From an uncultured Thermus sp. (GTDB lineage Bacteria > Deinococcota > Deinococci > Deinococcales > Thermaceae), in the NCBI GenBank assembly GCA_947085095.1, contig CAMTVD010000002.1, positions 13,632 to 77,631 on the forward strand: a stretch of 64,000 nucleotides of DNA. Direction: 5' to 3'. The number at the start of each line of letters is the position of its first letter. Positions within the stretch are counted from its first letter, which is position 1. Shown piece after piece: positions 48,791 to 61,476 of the stretch. Both the position numbers and the translations under genes were made by a program. The notes under the pieces were generated by a model. It was not told where the DNA came from and made no database searches. It worked only from the letters and a program-made list of their open reading frames with translations.

Positions 48791-48875
48791 GGGCACCCCC
48801 TTCATAGGTTTTGCTGGGATAGGTCTCTGGGTGCATTTTACCACGGACTCGGGGGAGAATGTGGCCCGGGTTTCC

Positions 48876-49439
48876 CTATCCGCCCCTCTTTGGGCCGTGC
48901 CAGGCCTCGTAAAAGCCCCGGGCGTTGTGGAGGACGTGGGCCAGGACTCCCGGGATGAGGCTTCCCGAGAGGAGGTAGGCGAGGCCCAGGAGGAGGCCCG
49001 CCGCTCCCGTGTACAGGGTGTAGGCGAAGGCCTTCTTGGGGGCGGGGTGGAGGAGGGCGAAGAGGAGGGCCTGGAGGGGTAGGGCCCAGGCCCCAAACTT
49101 CAGGAAAAAGAGGCTTTGCAAGAAGCCCCGGAAGAAGACCTCCTCCGCCACCCCGGAAAGGAGGGCCAACAGGAGGAGGGCCGGTGGTCCGAGCCCCGAG
49201 GCCTTAAGGGCCCTTCCCAGCTCCCAGTGGAGCCTCTCCGCTTCTTGGAAGGAGGCGGGGAAGAGGCGGCGGAAGAGGGCCTCGAGGCCCCCGAGGAAAA
49301 GGAGGAGGACCATACCCCCCAGGGTTTCCGCCAAGGGGTGCCTTCCCTGGAAGGGAAAGCCCAGGAGGAGCATCCCCGAAGCCCCCAGGAGGAGGAGGCC
49401 CCCCTGGAGCAGGAGAAGAAAGCGCCAAGGGCTGAGCAC
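48876..49439 (-). CDS. CPBP (Abi/CAAX) intramembrane metalloprotease
   Basis: EEVFFRG, FALLH, HVLHN. Confidence 0.9.
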   Translation of the reverse strand: MLSPWRFLLLLQGGLLLLGASGMLLLGFPFQGRHPLAETLGGMVLLLFLGGLEALFRRLFPASFQEAERLHWELGRALKASGLGPPALLLLALLSGVAEEVFFRGFLQSLFFLKFGAWALPLQALLFALLHPAPKKAFAYTLYTGAAGLLLGLAYLLSGSLIPGVLAHVLHNARGFYEAWHGPKRGG

Positions 49440-49519
49440 CGCTCAAAAACCCCGGGAGGGGCCTCGCTCTTTGAGGATCAGGCGGGTTTTGGCCCGGGCG
49501 CCGAGGGGCAAGCGGGGGG

Positions 49520-50272
49520 TCATGGCTCCATCATAAGGGCCCTCACCAGGGCCAGGCGGCTCATCTCCCCCCCGGAGAGGTAGGCCAGGAGGCTCTCCCT
49601 GCCGAAAAGGTGGCGCACCGCCTCCTCAGGCTTCAGGCCCCTGGCCTTCAGGCGGAGGGCTTCCTCCCGCTTTCTCTCCAGAAAGTCCAGCTTGGCCCGG
49701 AGGGCCTGAAGGGGAGCCTCCACGGGCCCCGCATGGGCGCAGTAAAAGGCCTGGGGCTTCAGGGCCAGCACCGCCCTTAGGCTTTCCAGGAGGGCCTTGA
49801 GGTCAAAGCCCGGAGGGGCCAGGCTGGCCTTCACCCCCAGGAAGAGGTCCCCGCCGAAGAGGAGGCCCCTTTCGGGGTCGTAGAGGGCCACGTGGTCCGG
49901 GGCGTGGCCCGGGGTGGGCAGGAGGTGGAGGGGGCCCACCCGCTCCACCACCGCCACCCGCAGGGGGGCGGGGTTGCCCCAGACCAGGCGGCGGTAGAGG
50001 CGCAAGGGGCTTTGGGCGGTGAGAAGCCGAGCGGTGGCCGCGCTTCCGTAAACGGGGAGCCCAAGCCGCCCCGCCCCGCCCGCGTGGTCCTCGTGGGCGT
50101 GGGTGAGGAGGGCGGCCTCGGCCCCAGGAGAAAAGGGCCTCGCCTTGGGAGGGCCCGTGTCCACCAGGAGGCCCCGGTACCGGTACACGTAGACCCCGTA
50201 CCCCACCCACCGCCCGAGGGGTGTGGTCAGGTACAGGGCTTCCACCCCATGTCCCACGGGCTTCCAAACCAT
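49520..50272 (-). CDS. MBL-fold metallo-hydrolase
   Basis: THAHEDHAGG, TPGHAPDH, GGD, CAH. Confidence 0.88.
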   Translation of the reverse strand: MVWKPVGHGVEALYLTTPLGRWVGYGVYVYRYRGLLVDTGPPKARPFSPGAEAALLTHAHEDHAGGAGRLGLPVYGSAATARLLTAQSPLRLYRRLVWGNPAPLRVAVVERVGPLHLLPTPGHAPDHVALYDPERGLLFGGDLFLGVKASLAPPGFDLKALLESLRAVLALKPQAFYCAHAGPVEAPLQALRAKLDFLERKREEALRLKARGLKPEEAVRHLFGRESLLAYLSGGEMSRLALVRALMMEP

Positions 50273-50287
50273 GTACCAAGTATAACC

Positions 50288-50974
50288 CTAGTCCTCCTCC
50301 AGGATCATCTTGGGCCGGAAACCCAGGGCGTCGGCGGCCACCAGGTGGAGGGGGATCCCCCGGAAGGCCTGGGGAAGGCGCTCGGGGTCCGCCCCGTGGA
50401 GGTGGCCGTAGACGATGGCCGTGGGGCCCGTCTCCGCCGCCTTCTCCAAAAGGGGGGTGGCCTCCCCCCCGGGGCCAAAGGGGGGGAAGTGGAAGGCCAG
50501 GATGAGGTGGCGGTAGGGCTTGCCCTCCAGGGCCTTTAGGGAAAGCCCAAGCCTTTCCACCTCCCGGGCGAAAATCCTTTCGTCCTCGGGGGTCTTGGGG
50601 GGGTACTCCCAGCCCCGGGTCCCCGCCACCGCCACGCCGCCCAGGACCAGGGCATCGTTCTGCAGGGCGTACATCCCCTCGGGTAGGGCGGCCCTCAGGC
50701 GGCTGATGGAGGGCCACCAGTAATCGTGGTTCCCCTTGAGGAGGACCTTTTTCCCGGGGAGGGCCGCCAGGTCCAGGAGGTCGGGGATGGCCTCGGCGAG
50801 GCGCATGGCCCAGGAGATGTCCCCGGCCACGATGACCAGGTCCTCCGGCCCCACCACCTCCCGCCATCCCCGGAAGAAGACCTCCGGGTGGCCCTGCCAG
50901 GCGGGCCCGAAGATGGTCATGGGCTTAGGGTGTGCGCGGGAGAGATGGGGGTCGGCGATGGCGAAGACCCGCAT
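50288..50974 (-). CDS. metallophosphoesterase
   Basis: IADPHL, AGDISW, GNHD, YGHLH. Confidence 0.9.
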   Translation of the reverse strand: MRVFAIADPHLSRAHPKPMTIFGPAWQGHPEVFFRGWREVVGPEDLVIVAGDISWAMRLAEAIPDLLDLAALPGKKVLLKGNHDYWWPSISRLRAALPEGMYALQNDALVLGGVAVAGTRGWEYPPKTPEDERIFAREVERLGLSLKALEGKPYRHLILAFHFPPFGPGGEATPLLEKAAETGPTAIVYGHLHGADPERLPQAFRGIPLHLVAADALGFRPKMILEED

Positions 50975-50997
50975 GGGCCTTAGCGTACCCTAAAGGC

Positions 50998-51426
50998 ATG
51001 GACGAAGCCCTGGCCTACGCCCTGCGCCTGTTGGCCCGGCGGGCCATGAGCCGGGCTCGTCTGCGGGAAAAGCTCAGGGCCCGCTTCGGCGAAGAGGTGG
51101 TGGAGGAGGTCCTGAGGCGGCTTGAGGCCTTGGGCTACCTGGACGATAGGGCCTTCGCCGAGACCTTTGTGGCCGTGCGGGGCAGGTACGGTCCCCTGAA
51201 GCTCCGGAACCTCCTGAGGGCCCAGGGGGTGGCGGAGGAGGTGGTGGAGGCGGTCTTGGGTCAAGGGGGGGAAGAAGGGGTCCTGGAGGCCGCTCTCAAG
51301 GTGCTCCGCCGCTATCCCCGGCGGGGGGACAAGGCCAAGGCGGTGCGCTTCCTAAAGGGGCGGGGCTTCCCCCTTTCCGTGGCCCTCGAGGCCTACCGGC
51401 TTGTCAAGGAGGAGGAAAGCGGGTAA
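50998..51426 (+). CDS. recX: regulatory protein RecX
   Basis: ALRLLARR, GYLDDRAFA, YGP, FLKGRGF; TACCCT 6 nt before the ATG. Confidence 0.88.
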   Translation: MDEALAYALRLLARRAMSRARLREKLRARFGEEVVEEVLRRLEALGYLDDRAFAETFVAVRGRYGPLKLRNLLRAQGVAEEVVEAVLGQGGEEGVLEAALKVLRRYPRRGDKAKAVRFLKGRGFPLSVALEAYRLVKEEESG

Positions 51427-51435
51427 AAAGAGCCC

Positions 51436-51873
51436 ATGCCCGAGGTACGCGCCGAACGTTTCATCCAAGCTCCCCCGGAGAAGGTCTACGCCCTGGCCAA
51501 GGACCTCGAGGGCCTCAAGCCCTACCTCAAGGAGGTGGAAAGCCTGAGGGTCCTCGCCCAGGAGGGCAGCCGCACCAAGAGCGAGTGGGTGGCAGTGGCC
51601 ATGGGCAAGAAGGTGCGCTGGCTGGAGGAGGAGGAGTGGGACGATGAGAACCTAAGAAACCGCTTCTTTTCCCCCGAGGGGGACTTTGACCGCTACGAGG
51701 GCACCTGGGCCTTCCTGCCTGAGGGGGAGGGAACCCGGGTGGTCCTCAGCCTCACCTACGAGCTCACCATCCCCATCTTTGGCGGGCTTCTGCAGAAGCT
51801 GGTGCAGAAGCTCATGCAGGAGAACGTGGAAAGCCTCCTCAAGGGTTTGGAGGAGCGGGTTCTCGCCACCTAG
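51436..51873 (+). CDS. SRPBCC/START-fold (polyketide cyclase-like) protein
   Basis: IQAPPEKVY, GDFDRYEGTW, C-terminal helix. Confidence 0.85.
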   Translation: MPEVRAERFIQAPPEKVYALAKDLEGLKPYLKEVESLRVLAQEGSRTKSEWVAVAMGKKVRWLEEEEWDDENLRNRFFSPEGDFDRYEGTWAFLPEGEGTRVVLSLTYELTIPIFGGLLQKLVQKLMQENVESLLKGLEERVLAT

Positions 51874-51964
51874 TTGCCAAAGGGCCTTCCCTTGTCCTAG
51901 CATGGAACCAAGCCGCCCAAAGCTTGCCCAAGCGGGGTGGCCCTAGAGCTTTCAGGAGGTCAAA

Positions 51965-52237
51965 GTGGAAACGTTGCGCGTCTCTTCCAAGTCCCGCCCC
52001 AACTCCGTGGCCGGTGCCATCGCGGCGCTTTTGCGCACCAAGGGCGAGGTGGAGGTCCAGGCCATCGGGCCCCAGGCAGTGAACCAGGCGGTGAAGGCCA
52101 TCGCCATCGCCCGCGGTTACATCGCCCCTGACAACCTGGACCTGGCGGTCAAGCCCGCCTTTGTCAAGCTGGACCTGGAGAACGAGGAGCGGACCGCCCT
52201 CAAGTTCAGCATCAAGGCCCACCCCCTGGAGCTTTGA
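51965..52237 (+). CDS. spoVS: stage V sporulation protein S family protein
   Basis: LRVSSKSRPNSVAGAIA, QAIGPQAVNQAVKAIAIARG. Confidence 0.95.
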   Translation: METLRVSSKSRPNSVAGAIAALLRTKGEVEVQAIGPQAVNQAVKAIAIARGYIAPDNLDLAVKPAFVKLDLENEERTALKFSIKAHPLEL

Positions 52238-53430
52238 GGCCTTTCTCGCCCAGGGGCCTGGCCCTTGGGGTCCTCCTCGAGGTGGACCGGGGGGGCCGGG
52301 CCCAGCTCCTTTTGGACCAGGCCCTGGACCGGGTGAGCTTTTCTGAGCGGGACAAGGCCTACGCCACCCACCTGGTCTACGGGACCTTGCGCCGTCTGAG
52401 GCTTCTGGACTTTCTCCTGGAGCCCCACCTAAAGGCACCGGATAGGCTTCCCCTCGAGGTCCTTTGGATCCTGCGCCTGGGGACCTTTGAGTGGCTTTCC
52501 GGAAAACCGGACCACGCCCGGGTGAGCCCCTGGGTGGAGGAGGCCAAGCGCCGCTACCCTCCTCTCGCAGGCCTGGTGAACGCCGTTCTGCGCCGCCTCA
52601 AGCCCCGGGAGGCCCCGGAGTGCGTGCGCCTCTCCCTGCCCGACTGGCTGTGCCAGGCCTGGCGGGGTTTTTTCGGGGAGGTGGGCTTCGCCGAGGGCTT
52701 CAACGAGCCCGCCCCCCTCTTCGTCACCGCCTACCGCCCTGTGGACCTGAAACCAGGGCCCATCCCGGACAGCTACGTTTGGGAGGGGCCCAAGCGGGAC
52801 TTCCCCGCCCTGGGCCTCCAGCCCCAAAACCCGGCCTCCCTCTTCGCCGCGAAGCTCCTGGAGCCTGGGCCAGGGGAGAAGGTCCTGGACCTCTGCGGGG
52901 GGGCGGGGCTCAAGGCCTTCTACCTGGCGGCCAGGGGGGCGGAGGTGGTCTCCTATGACCTGAACCCGAGGCGCCAGAAGGCGGGGGCGAAGACGGCCAG
53001 GAGGCTTGGGCTCAAGGTCACGTACCGCACCCAGGACCTGCGGGAGCCCCTTGGGGAAAAGGCCAAGAAGGTGCTTCTGGACGCCCCCTGCACCGGCACG
53101 GGCACCTTCCGTTCCCACCCCGAGCTCCGCTACCGCCTCCGCCCAGAGGACCCGAAGGCCATGGCCAGCCTCCAGCTGGCCCTTCTGGAGACCGCGGCGG
53201 GGGCTACGGAGGAGGGGGGGCTTCTGGTCTATGCCGTCTGTTCCCTCACGGAGGAGGAGGGGGAAGGGGTGGCCAGGGCCTTTCTGGAGAGGCACCCGGA
53301 GTTCCGCCCGGAGCCCTTCTCCTGCCCTTTTCCGGTCCTTCGGGAGGGGCTTGGGGTCTACGTGGCCCCCTGGAAGGGCCTGGACGGGTTTTATTACCTG
53401 CGCCTCCGCAGGGTAGACTCTAGGGCATGA
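52234..53430 (+). CDS. rsmB: RsmB/Sun-type RNA m5C methyltransferase with a NusB-like domain
   Basis: [33 protein letters not shown]. Confidence 0.85.
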   Translation: MRPFSPRGLALGVLLEVDRGGRAQLLLDQALDRVSFSERDKAYATHLVYGTLRRLRLLDFLLEPHLKAPDRLPLEVLWILRLGTFEWLSGKPDHARVSPWVEEAKRRYPPLAGLVNAVLRRLKPREAPECVRLSLPDWLCQAWRGFFGEVGFAEGFNEPAPLFVTAYRPVDLKPGPIPDSYVWEGPKRDFPALGLQPQNPASLFAAKLLEPGPGEKVLDLCGGAGLKAFYLAARGAEVVSYDLNPRRQKAGAKTARRLGLKVTYRTQDLREPLGEKAKKVLLDAPCTGTGTFRSHPELRYRLRPEDPKAMASLQLALLETAAGATEEGGLLVYAVCSLTEEEGEGVARAFLERHPEFRPEPFSCPFPVLREGLGVYVAPWKGLDGFYYLRLRRVDSRA

Positions 53431-54212
53431 GGCTGGTCTTCCTGGGCCTGGGGAAGATGGGCAGGAGCATCCTCAAGGGGGCCCTCGCCCGAGGCTTCCT
53501 GCGCCCCGAGGAGGTGGGGGTGGTGGGGCGTACCCCGGAGCGCACAAGGGAGCTGGCGGAGGCCCTGGGCATCCGGCCCTGGTCCTTGGAAGAGCTCGCC
53601 CAAGCGGAGCGGGTCCTCCTGGGGGTCCAGCCCCGGGACTTTCCCCACCTGGCCCCGGAGGTGGCCCACCCTGGGGTGGGGTACATCTCCATCATGGCGG
53701 GGGTGTCCACTGCGGTCCTGGCCCGGAGGCTTTCCACCAGGCGGGTGGTGCGGGCCATGCCCAACCTGGCGGCGGTGATCGGGGAAAGCTCCACCGCCCT
53801 CACCGCCCTGAAAGAGGCCAGGGAGGCGGGGGATCTGGACTTCGCCCGGGCCCTCTTCGCCACCGTGGGGGACGTGTACGAGATCCCCGAGCACCTCTTT
53901 GACCCCTTCACCGCCATGTCCGCCTCCGCCCCCGCTTACCTGGCGGTGGTGGCCGAGGCCCTGGCGGACGCTGGAGTCAAGATGGGGATGCCCAGGGCCC
54001 TAGCCCTACGCCTAGCGGCGGAGGCCCTGGCGGCCACGGGCGAGCTCCTCAAGGGGCGCCACCCCGCACAGCTCAAGGACGAGGTGGCAAGCCCCGGGGG
54101 CACCACCATCCACGGGCTCCACGCCCTCGAGGCCCGCGCCCTACGGGCCGCCTTCTACGAGGCGGTGGAGGCGGCCACCAGGCGGGGGCACGAGCTGGGG
54201 GAGGTGGAGTGA
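53427..54212 (+). CDS. proC: pyrroline-5-carboxylate reductase
   Basis: [20 protein letters not shown]. Confidence 0.96.
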   Translation: MRLVFLGLGKMGRSILKGALARGFLRPEEVGVVGRTPERTRELAEALGIRPWSLEELAQAERVLLGVQPRDFPHLAPEVAHPGVGYISIMAGVSTAVLARRLSTRRVVRAMPNLAAVIGESSTALTALKEAREAGDLDFARALFATVGDVYEIPEHLFDPFTAMSASAPAYLAVVAEALADAGVKMGMPRALALRLAAEALAATGELLKGRHPAQLKDEVASPGGTTIHGLHALEARALRAAFYEAVEAATRRGHELGEVE

Positions 54213-54733
54213 GGCGCCTCTGGATCATCCCCTTCTTTTTCCTCCTCGCCCTGGCCCAGGTCTTCCCCAAGGAGGGCGGGCGGTACGCCTACTCGGACGG
54301 CACCCTCCAGGAGGTTCTCCCCACCCCTGAGGGCTACCGCCTCCGCTACCTGAGGGAGGGGCAGGTCCTCCGCGAGGACCGCTTGCGGCTTTCCCCGGAG
54401 GGGCTTTACCTCCTGGGCTTGGGGCTTCCCGAGGGGTACTTCCCCTTTGCCCCGCCCCTTCTCCTCTACCCCTTGCGGCTTTTCCCGGGGCAGGCCTGGG
54501 GCGGGAGCGCCCAATTCCGGGGGCAGCGGGTGGCCCTCTCCGCCCGGGTGGAGGGCCTGGAGGGCCTCAAGACCAAGGCCGGGGCCTTCAACGCCTACCG
54601 GGTGCGGGTGGCCTTCACCACGGAGAAGGGGGGGACGGACCTCAAGGAGCTCTACCTGGTCCCCGGCCTGGGGGTGGTGGCCTACCGGGCGGGGTCGGGC
54701 CTGGTGGAACTCCTCCGCTTCACCGCGCCTTGA
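54209..54733 (+). CDS. secreted hypothetical beta-rich protein
   Basis: Signal peptide ending [15 protein letters not shown] and YLVPGLGVV segments; overlaps neighbouring genes as in an operon. Confidence 0.75.
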   Translation: MRRLWIIPFFFLLALAQVFPKEGGRYAYSDGTLQEVLPTPEGYRLRYLREGQVLREDRLRLSPEGLYLLGLGLPEGYFPFAPPLLLYPLRLFPGQAWGGSAQFRGQRVALSARVEGLEGLKTKAGAFNAYRVRVAFTTEKGGTDLKELYLVPGLGVVAYRAGSGLVELLRFTAP

Positions 54734-55346
54734 GGCGGTAGCGGAGGATCTCCCCGTACATGCGCAGGCGGTGGAGGAAGCCCTTGAGGAGGCCCCGCTT
54801 CTCCTCCTTCATCACCTGGCTTACCCCCAAAAGGGGAAGATAGCGCACCCGCCAACCCCTCTCCTTGGCGTGGCGGGTGAGGAGGAGCTCCAGGTCGTAG
54901 CGGGCCCGCTCCAGGCCGGGGACCTTCCGCAAGTCCTCGGTGCCGAGGGCTCTCTGCCCCGAGAGGAAGGGGGTGAGGCGCATGGCCAGGTCCGTGGAAA
55001 GCCTCCCTCCTTGAAAAACCCCCACGGTCATCTCCGCCTCTCCCCGGGCCACGGGGAGGAGGAGGGCCTTTAGGTGTTCCGGCCTCAGCCCCAGGAGGTC
55101 GGCGTCCAGGAGGAGGACCAGGGGGGTTTCCACCACCTTCAGTCCCTCGGCGATGGCCCCACCCTTTCCCTGGTTCTGGGAGAGGCGGACCACCTCCGCC
55201 CCAGCCCCCTTTGCCTCCTTGGCCGTGCTGTCCTTGGAACCGTCGTCCGCCACCACCACGGGGAAGCCTGCTTCCCTGGCCACCCGCACCACCTGGGCGA
55301 TGGTGGCCTCCTCGTTGTAGGCGGGGATGAGGACCGTGGCCTCCAT
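54720..55346 (-). CDS. glycosyltransferase family 2
   Basis: IPAYNEE, DDGSKD, NQGKGGA, LDAD. Confidence 0.92.
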   Translation of the reverse strand: MEATVLIPAYNEEATIAQVVRVAREAGFPVVVADDGSKDSTAKEAKGAGAEVVRLSQNQGKGGAIAEGLKVVETPLVLLLDADLLGLRPEHLKALLLPVARGEAEMTVGVFQGGRLSTDLAMRLTPFLSGQRALGTEDLRKVPGLERARYDLELLLTRHAKERGWRVRYLPLLGVSQVMKEEKRGLLKGFLHRLRMYGEILRYRLKAR

Positions 55347-56356
55347 CAGCCCCCCAAGAGGCGCTTGAGGTCCTGGAAGGTGACCAAAAGCACCAGGAAG
55401 ATCAGGAAGAGGAAGCCCAGGTAGTGGACCATGGCCTCCTGTTCAGGGCGGATGCGGAAGAGGCGGGAGAGGAAGAGGAGAAGGATCCGCCCTCCGTCCA
55501 GGGCGGGGATGGGCAGGAGGTTAAAGAGGGCCAGGGAAAGGTTGATGGCCACGGTGAGCTCTACCAGGCGGAAAAGCCCCTCCTGGGCCGCCCGCCCCGT
55601 CTCCGCCACGATGCCCACGGGCCCCACCACGCCGCTGTTGGCGTTCCCCGATAACACCCCCAGAATCCCCCCTACCAGGGCCCGCACCATCTCCGGGCCG
55701 AAGGCCAGGGTGCGGCTCGCCGCCAGGGCCAGCCCCGAGAAGAACCCCACCTTGCGGAAGGCCACCTCGGGCTGGTAGACCACCCCCAGCTTCTCCATGC
55801 CCTCCTGCCAGGTGAGGCTGAGGTTTTGCTCCTCACCCTCCCGGAGCACGGTGAGGGTGTGGGGGCCCGGCACCTTGAGGCGCTCAATGTCCTGGGGACG
55901 CTCCATGGGGGTCCCGTCTATGGCGTAGAGGACATCTCCAGGCTTGAGCCCGGCCCCCTCCGCCACGCTCCCCGGCAGGACCTCGAGGATCACCGCCCGC
56001 CCCGTGGCCTCCGGCACCCCCTGGGCGCTGAAGAGGTAGGCGAGGAGACCCCAGGCCAGGAGGACGTTCATCGCCACTCCCGCCACCAGGACCAAGAGCT
56101 TGCCCATAAAGGGCAGGGCGTCGTACCCCCGGCCCCGCTCCTCGGGGAGGAGGCCCTCAATGTCGGCGTATCCCCCTAAGGGGATGGCGGAAAGCCGCCA
56201 CTCCGTGTCCCAGGCCCTTTTGCGCCAAAGGATGGGGCCAAAGCCCACGCTGAAGGCCTTGACCCGGACCCCCTGGGCCCTGGCCGCCAGGTAGTGGCCC
56301 AGCTCGTGCACAAAGACGCTGACGCCGATGATGATGAGGAACCAGATCAGGCTCAT
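55346..56356 (-). CDS. rseP: site-2 intramembrane zinc metalloprotease RseP (M50)
   Basis: [19 protein letters not shown]. Confidence 0.93.
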   Translation of the reverse strand: MSLIWFLIIIGVSVFVHELGHYLAARAQGVRVKAFSVGFGPILWRKRAWDTEWRLSAIPLGGYADIEGLLPEERGRGYDALPFMGKLLVLVAGVAMNVLLAWGLLAYLFSAQGVPEATGRAVILEVLPGSVAEGAGLKPGDVLYAIDGTPMERPQDIERLKVPGPHTLTVLREGEEQNLSLTWQEGMEKLGVVYQPEVAFRKVGFFSGLALAASRTLAFGPEMVRALVGGILGVLSGNANSGVVGPVGIVAETGRAAQEGLFRLVELTVAINLSLALFNLLPIPALDGGRILLLFLSRLFRIRPEQEAMVHYLGFLFLIFLVLLVTFQDLKRLLGG

Positions 56357-57456
56357 GCCCACCTCTTGGCCTCTTCCCGGGCCCAAGCGTCCACGGCGAA
56401 GAGGCTATCCCATGTTAGGGGTTCCTTGGGGGTATTTTCCAGGACCTTGGCCAACACCTCCGGGATGCGGGTGAAGGGAATCCTCCCCCCTAAGAAGGCC
56501 TCCACCGCCACCTCGTCGGCGGCGGAGACCGCTACCTGGGCCACGCCCCCAAGCCTCCCCGCCTCGTAGGCCAAGGCCAGGGCGGGGAAGCGCTTCAGGT
56601 CGGGCTCCAAAAACTCCAGGACCCCGGGGATGGGGAGGTCCTTGAGGGGGGTTTCCGCCCGCTCCGGGTAGGTGAGGGCGTACTGGATGGGAAGACGCAT
56701 GTCCGTGGGGCCCAGCTGGGCCTTTAAGCTTCCGTCCACGAAGCGCACCAGGCCGTGCACGTAGGCCTGGGGGTGGACGAGGACCCGGATCCTTTCCAGG
56801 GGAAAGCGGAAGAGTTCCTTGGCCTCGAGGACCTCCAGCCCCTTGTTGAAGAGGGTGGCCGAGTCCACGGTCACCTTGGGCCCCATGCGCCAGCGGGGGT
56901 GGTTCAGGGCCATCCCCGGGGTCACCTGGGAGAGGTCCTCGGGCTCCTTGAGGAAGGGCCCCCCGCTTGCGGTGAGGATGAGCTCGGCCACGTCCGCCTC
57001 CCGCTCCCCCAAGAGGGCCTGGAAGAGGGCGGAGTGCTCCGAGTCCACGGGGATGAGCTGGGCTCCGCTTTTTTCGGCCTCCTGCCAGAGGAGGGGCCCC
57101 GCGGCCACCATGGCCTCCTTGTTGGCCAGGGCCACCCGCTTGCCCGTCCGCACCGCCACCCGGGTGGAGGGTAGCCCGGCGAGGCCCGGGATGGCGGCCA
57201 CGGCCACCTCGGCCTCGAGGGCCGCCACCTCCTCGGGGGAGGCGAGCCTGAGCCAGGGGAAGCGGGCCCTAAGCTCCCCGTGGAGGCCTTCCTCCGCCGC
57301 CACCAAGAGGGGCCGCCAGAGGGCGATCTGCTCCGCGAGGAGCGAAAGGTTCCTCCCCGCCGCCAGGCCCACCACCCTGTACCCCCGCCAGCGGCAGACC
57401 TCCAGGGCCTGCCTGCCGATGGAACCCGTGGAACCCAGGATCACCACCCGTTTCAT
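56353..57456 (-). CDS. dxr: 1-deoxy-D-xylulose-5-phosphate reductoisomerase
   Basis: [31 protein letters not shown]. Confidence 0.98.
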   Translation of the reverse strand: MKRVVILGSTGSIGRQALEVCRWRGYRVVGLAAGRNLSLLAEQIALWRPLLVAAEEGLHGELRARFPWLRLASPEEVAALEAEVAVAAIPGLAGLPSTRVAVRTGKRVALANKEAMVAAGPLLWQEAEKSGAQLIPVDSEHSALFQALLGEREADVAELILTASGGPFLKEPEDLSQVTPGMALNHPRWRMGPKVTVDSATLFNKGLEVLEAKELFRFPLERIRVLVHPQAYVHGLVRFVDGSLKAQLGPTDMRLPIQYALTYPERAETPLKDLPIPGVLEFLEPDLKRFPALALAYEAGRLGGVAQVAVSAADEVAVEAFLGGRIPFTRIPEVLAKVLENTPKEPLTWDSLFAVDAWAREEAKRWA

Positions 57457-58277
57457 GTGAAGAGCACCACCAGGAAGTAGGTCAGGGGGAAGGTGAAGAG
57501 GAGGCTGTCCAAGCGGTCCAAAAGCCCCCCGTGCCCGGGCAGGAACTGCCCGGAGTCCTTCACCCCGGCGAAGCGTTTCAGCATGGACTCCACCAGATCC
57601 CCAAGCTGGGCCGCCAGGGAGAGGAGGAGGCTGAAGAGCCAGAGTTCCAAAAGGCCGAAGGGGAAGACCTCCCGCACCACCCCGGTGTAGACCACCAGGG
57701 CCAGGAAGCTGAAGAGGATGCCCCCCAGGGAGCCCTCGAGGGTCTTCCCCGGGCTGATCTCGGGGGCCAGCTTGTGCCTGCCGAAAAGCCGCCCGGCGAA
57801 GTAGGCCCCGATGTCCGTGGCGAAGCTGGCCACGAGGGGGAGGGAGAGGGTCCAAAGCCCCAGGTGGCTGTCGGGGATCTCCCGCAGGAGGAGAACGTAC
57901 CCCAGGCTCCAGGGCAGGTAGAGGAAGGCGAGAAGGGTGAAGGCGAAGCGGGTGAGGTCGGCGCCCTTCAGGAGCTCGTAGCTGAAGCTTCCCATGAGGA
58001 AGAGGCCCAGGGCCACCTCCCGCCAGGGGACCTGGGGAAAGTGCCAGTGGAGCTGGGGCAGGGAGAAGAGGAAAAGCAGGCTTCCCCCGCCCAAGAGGAG
58101 GGGAAGGTTGAGGCCGATGCCCCTCCTGGCCAGCATGTCCCTGAGCTCCACGCCCCCCAGCCAGAGGAGGAAAAAGAGGGTGGGCAGGATCAGGGGAAGC
58201 CCCGCCCAGAGGACCAGGATGAGGAGGGTGGCCCCCACCAGGCCGGAGAGGACCCGGGTGGGCAGGTCGTCCTTCAC
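57453..58277 (-). CDS. cdsA: phosphatidate cytidylyltransferase
   Basis: [34 protein letters not shown]. Confidence 0.96.
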   Translation of the reverse strand: MKDDLPTRVLSGLVGATLLILVLWAGLPLILPTLFFLLWLGGVELRDMLARRGIGLNLPLLLGGGSLLFLFSLPQLHWHFPQVPWREVALGLFLMGSFSYELLKGADLTRFAFTLLAFLYLPWSLGYVLLLREIPDSHLGLWTLSLPLVASFATDIGAYFAGRLFGRHKLAPEISPGKTLEGSLGGILFSFLALVVYTGVVREVFPFGLLELWLFSLLLSLAAQLGDLVESMLKRFAGVKDSGQFLPGHGGLLDRLDSLLFTFPLTYFLVVLFT

Positions 58278-58313
58278 CCCCCGCCTCCTTGGGCTTCGGC
58301 CAGCGGCATGGCC

Positions 58314-58871
58314 CTAGTGGAGGATCTCCTGCTCCTTCTTCGCCGCCAGGTCGTCCACCTTGGCGATGAACTCGTCGGTGATCTTCTGAATCTCGGCCTC
58401 CGCGCGCTTGGTGTCGTCCTCGGAGAGGTGGAGCTCCTTGGAGAGCTTCTTCAGCTTCTCCAGGGCCTCCCGGCGGATGTTGCGGATGGCGATCCGCCCC
58501 TCCTCGGCGTAGTGGCGGGCGGCCCGCACCAGCTCCTTGCGCCTCTCCTCGGTGAGGGGGGGGATGTTGATGTAGAGGGCGTCCCCCTTGTTGCTGGGGT
58601 TAAGGCCCAGGTCGGAGTCGCGGATGGCCTTCTCAATGGCCTTGAGGGCCCCCTGGTCCCAGGACTGGACCACCAGGGTCCGGGCGTCGGGAGCGGTGAC
58701 GGTGGCGATCTGGGAGAGGGGAACGTGGGTGCCGTAGTACTCCACCTTGAGGTGCAGAAGGAGGGCGGGGTTGGCCCGCCCGGTGCGCAGGCCCGCCAGG
58801 TTGTGTTCCAGAACCTCGAGGCTCTTCCCCATGTGGCTTCGGGTTTCTGCGTAGAGCTCTTTCAGGGTCAT
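58314..58871 (-). CDS. frr: ribosome recycling factor
   Basis: [20 protein letters not shown]. Confidence 0.98.
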   Translation of the reverse strand: MTLKELYAETRSHMGKSLEVLEHNLAGLRTGRANPALLLHLKVEYYGTHVPLSQIATVTAPDARTLVVQSWDQGALKAIEKAIRDSDLGLNPSNKGDALYINIPPLTEERRKELVRAARHYAEEGRIAIRNIRREALEKLKKLSKELHLSEDDTKRAEAEIQKITDEFIAKVDDLAAKKEQEILH

Positions 58872-58901
58872 GGTGCCTCCTTTCCGGTCAGGGGTCTAGG
58901 G

Positions 58902-61028
<2,127 letters not shown>

Positions 61029-61192
61029 ATTCCTCCCATTCGGGGAAGGTTGGGCTTGGCGCTTCCCGCGGGCCGGCCTTTTTCCCCAGGGACCTTCCCC
61101 TGCCCAGGGGCTGGTCCGGCACGCCTTACCGATTATAGGGCTCCTTAGCCCTTTGCGTAACCCCCCCGTTTGGGCTATACTCCCTAAGGCTT

Positions 61193-61267
61193 GGGGCGGT
61201 AGCTCAGAGGGAGAGCACCCGCCTTGCAAGCGGGAGGTCGGGGGTTCAAATCCCCCCCGCTCCACCA
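61193..61267 (+). tRNA. tRNA-Ala(TGC)
   Basis: Cloverleaf with G3:U70, anticodon loop CTTGCAA, encoded CCA; TTGCGT-17-TATACT promoter upstream. Confidence 0.97.
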
Positions 61268-61282
61268 AGTCGGGGACGCAAT

Positions 61283-61318
61283 CCTTCCCCCCTCGGTCGT
61301 GAGGGGGGAAGGCCTTTT
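61283..61318 (+). terminator. terminator after tRNA-Ala
   Basis: CCTTCCCCCCTC-GGTCGT-GAGGGGGGAAGG hairpin followed by CCTTTT. Confidence 0.75.
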
Positions 61319-61476
61319 GACCCCTAAGGACCCATGCGGAAGCTTTGCCACATAAACGCCCCCTCTGGGGCATGTTCCTGATTCCCTCCGGGGCCAAAGG
61401 GCTTCCGATCCCCTAATGCGGGTAAGGGCAGGGGACTCTCCCGGTCCTGGCCAAAGGGGTCGGATAGACTGGAGGC

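Noticed and set aside
48791..49096. N-terminal extension of the prkA ORF to 49096
   Set aside because: It overlaps the CPBP gene and is low-complexity; SD and homology support ATG 48790
51902..51946. Possible uORF MEPSRPKLAQAGWP before spoVS
   Set aside because: Its ATG overlaps the likely -10 box (TAGCAT), so it would not be in the transcript
57457..57855. 500-aa version of dxr
   Set aside because: The extension overlaps cdsA in another frame; Dxr begins [12 protein letters not shown] at 57456
61029..61397. Extension of the rpsB ORF across tRNA-Ala
   Set aside because: It runs antisense through the tRNA and promoters; the real start is 61028 with an SD
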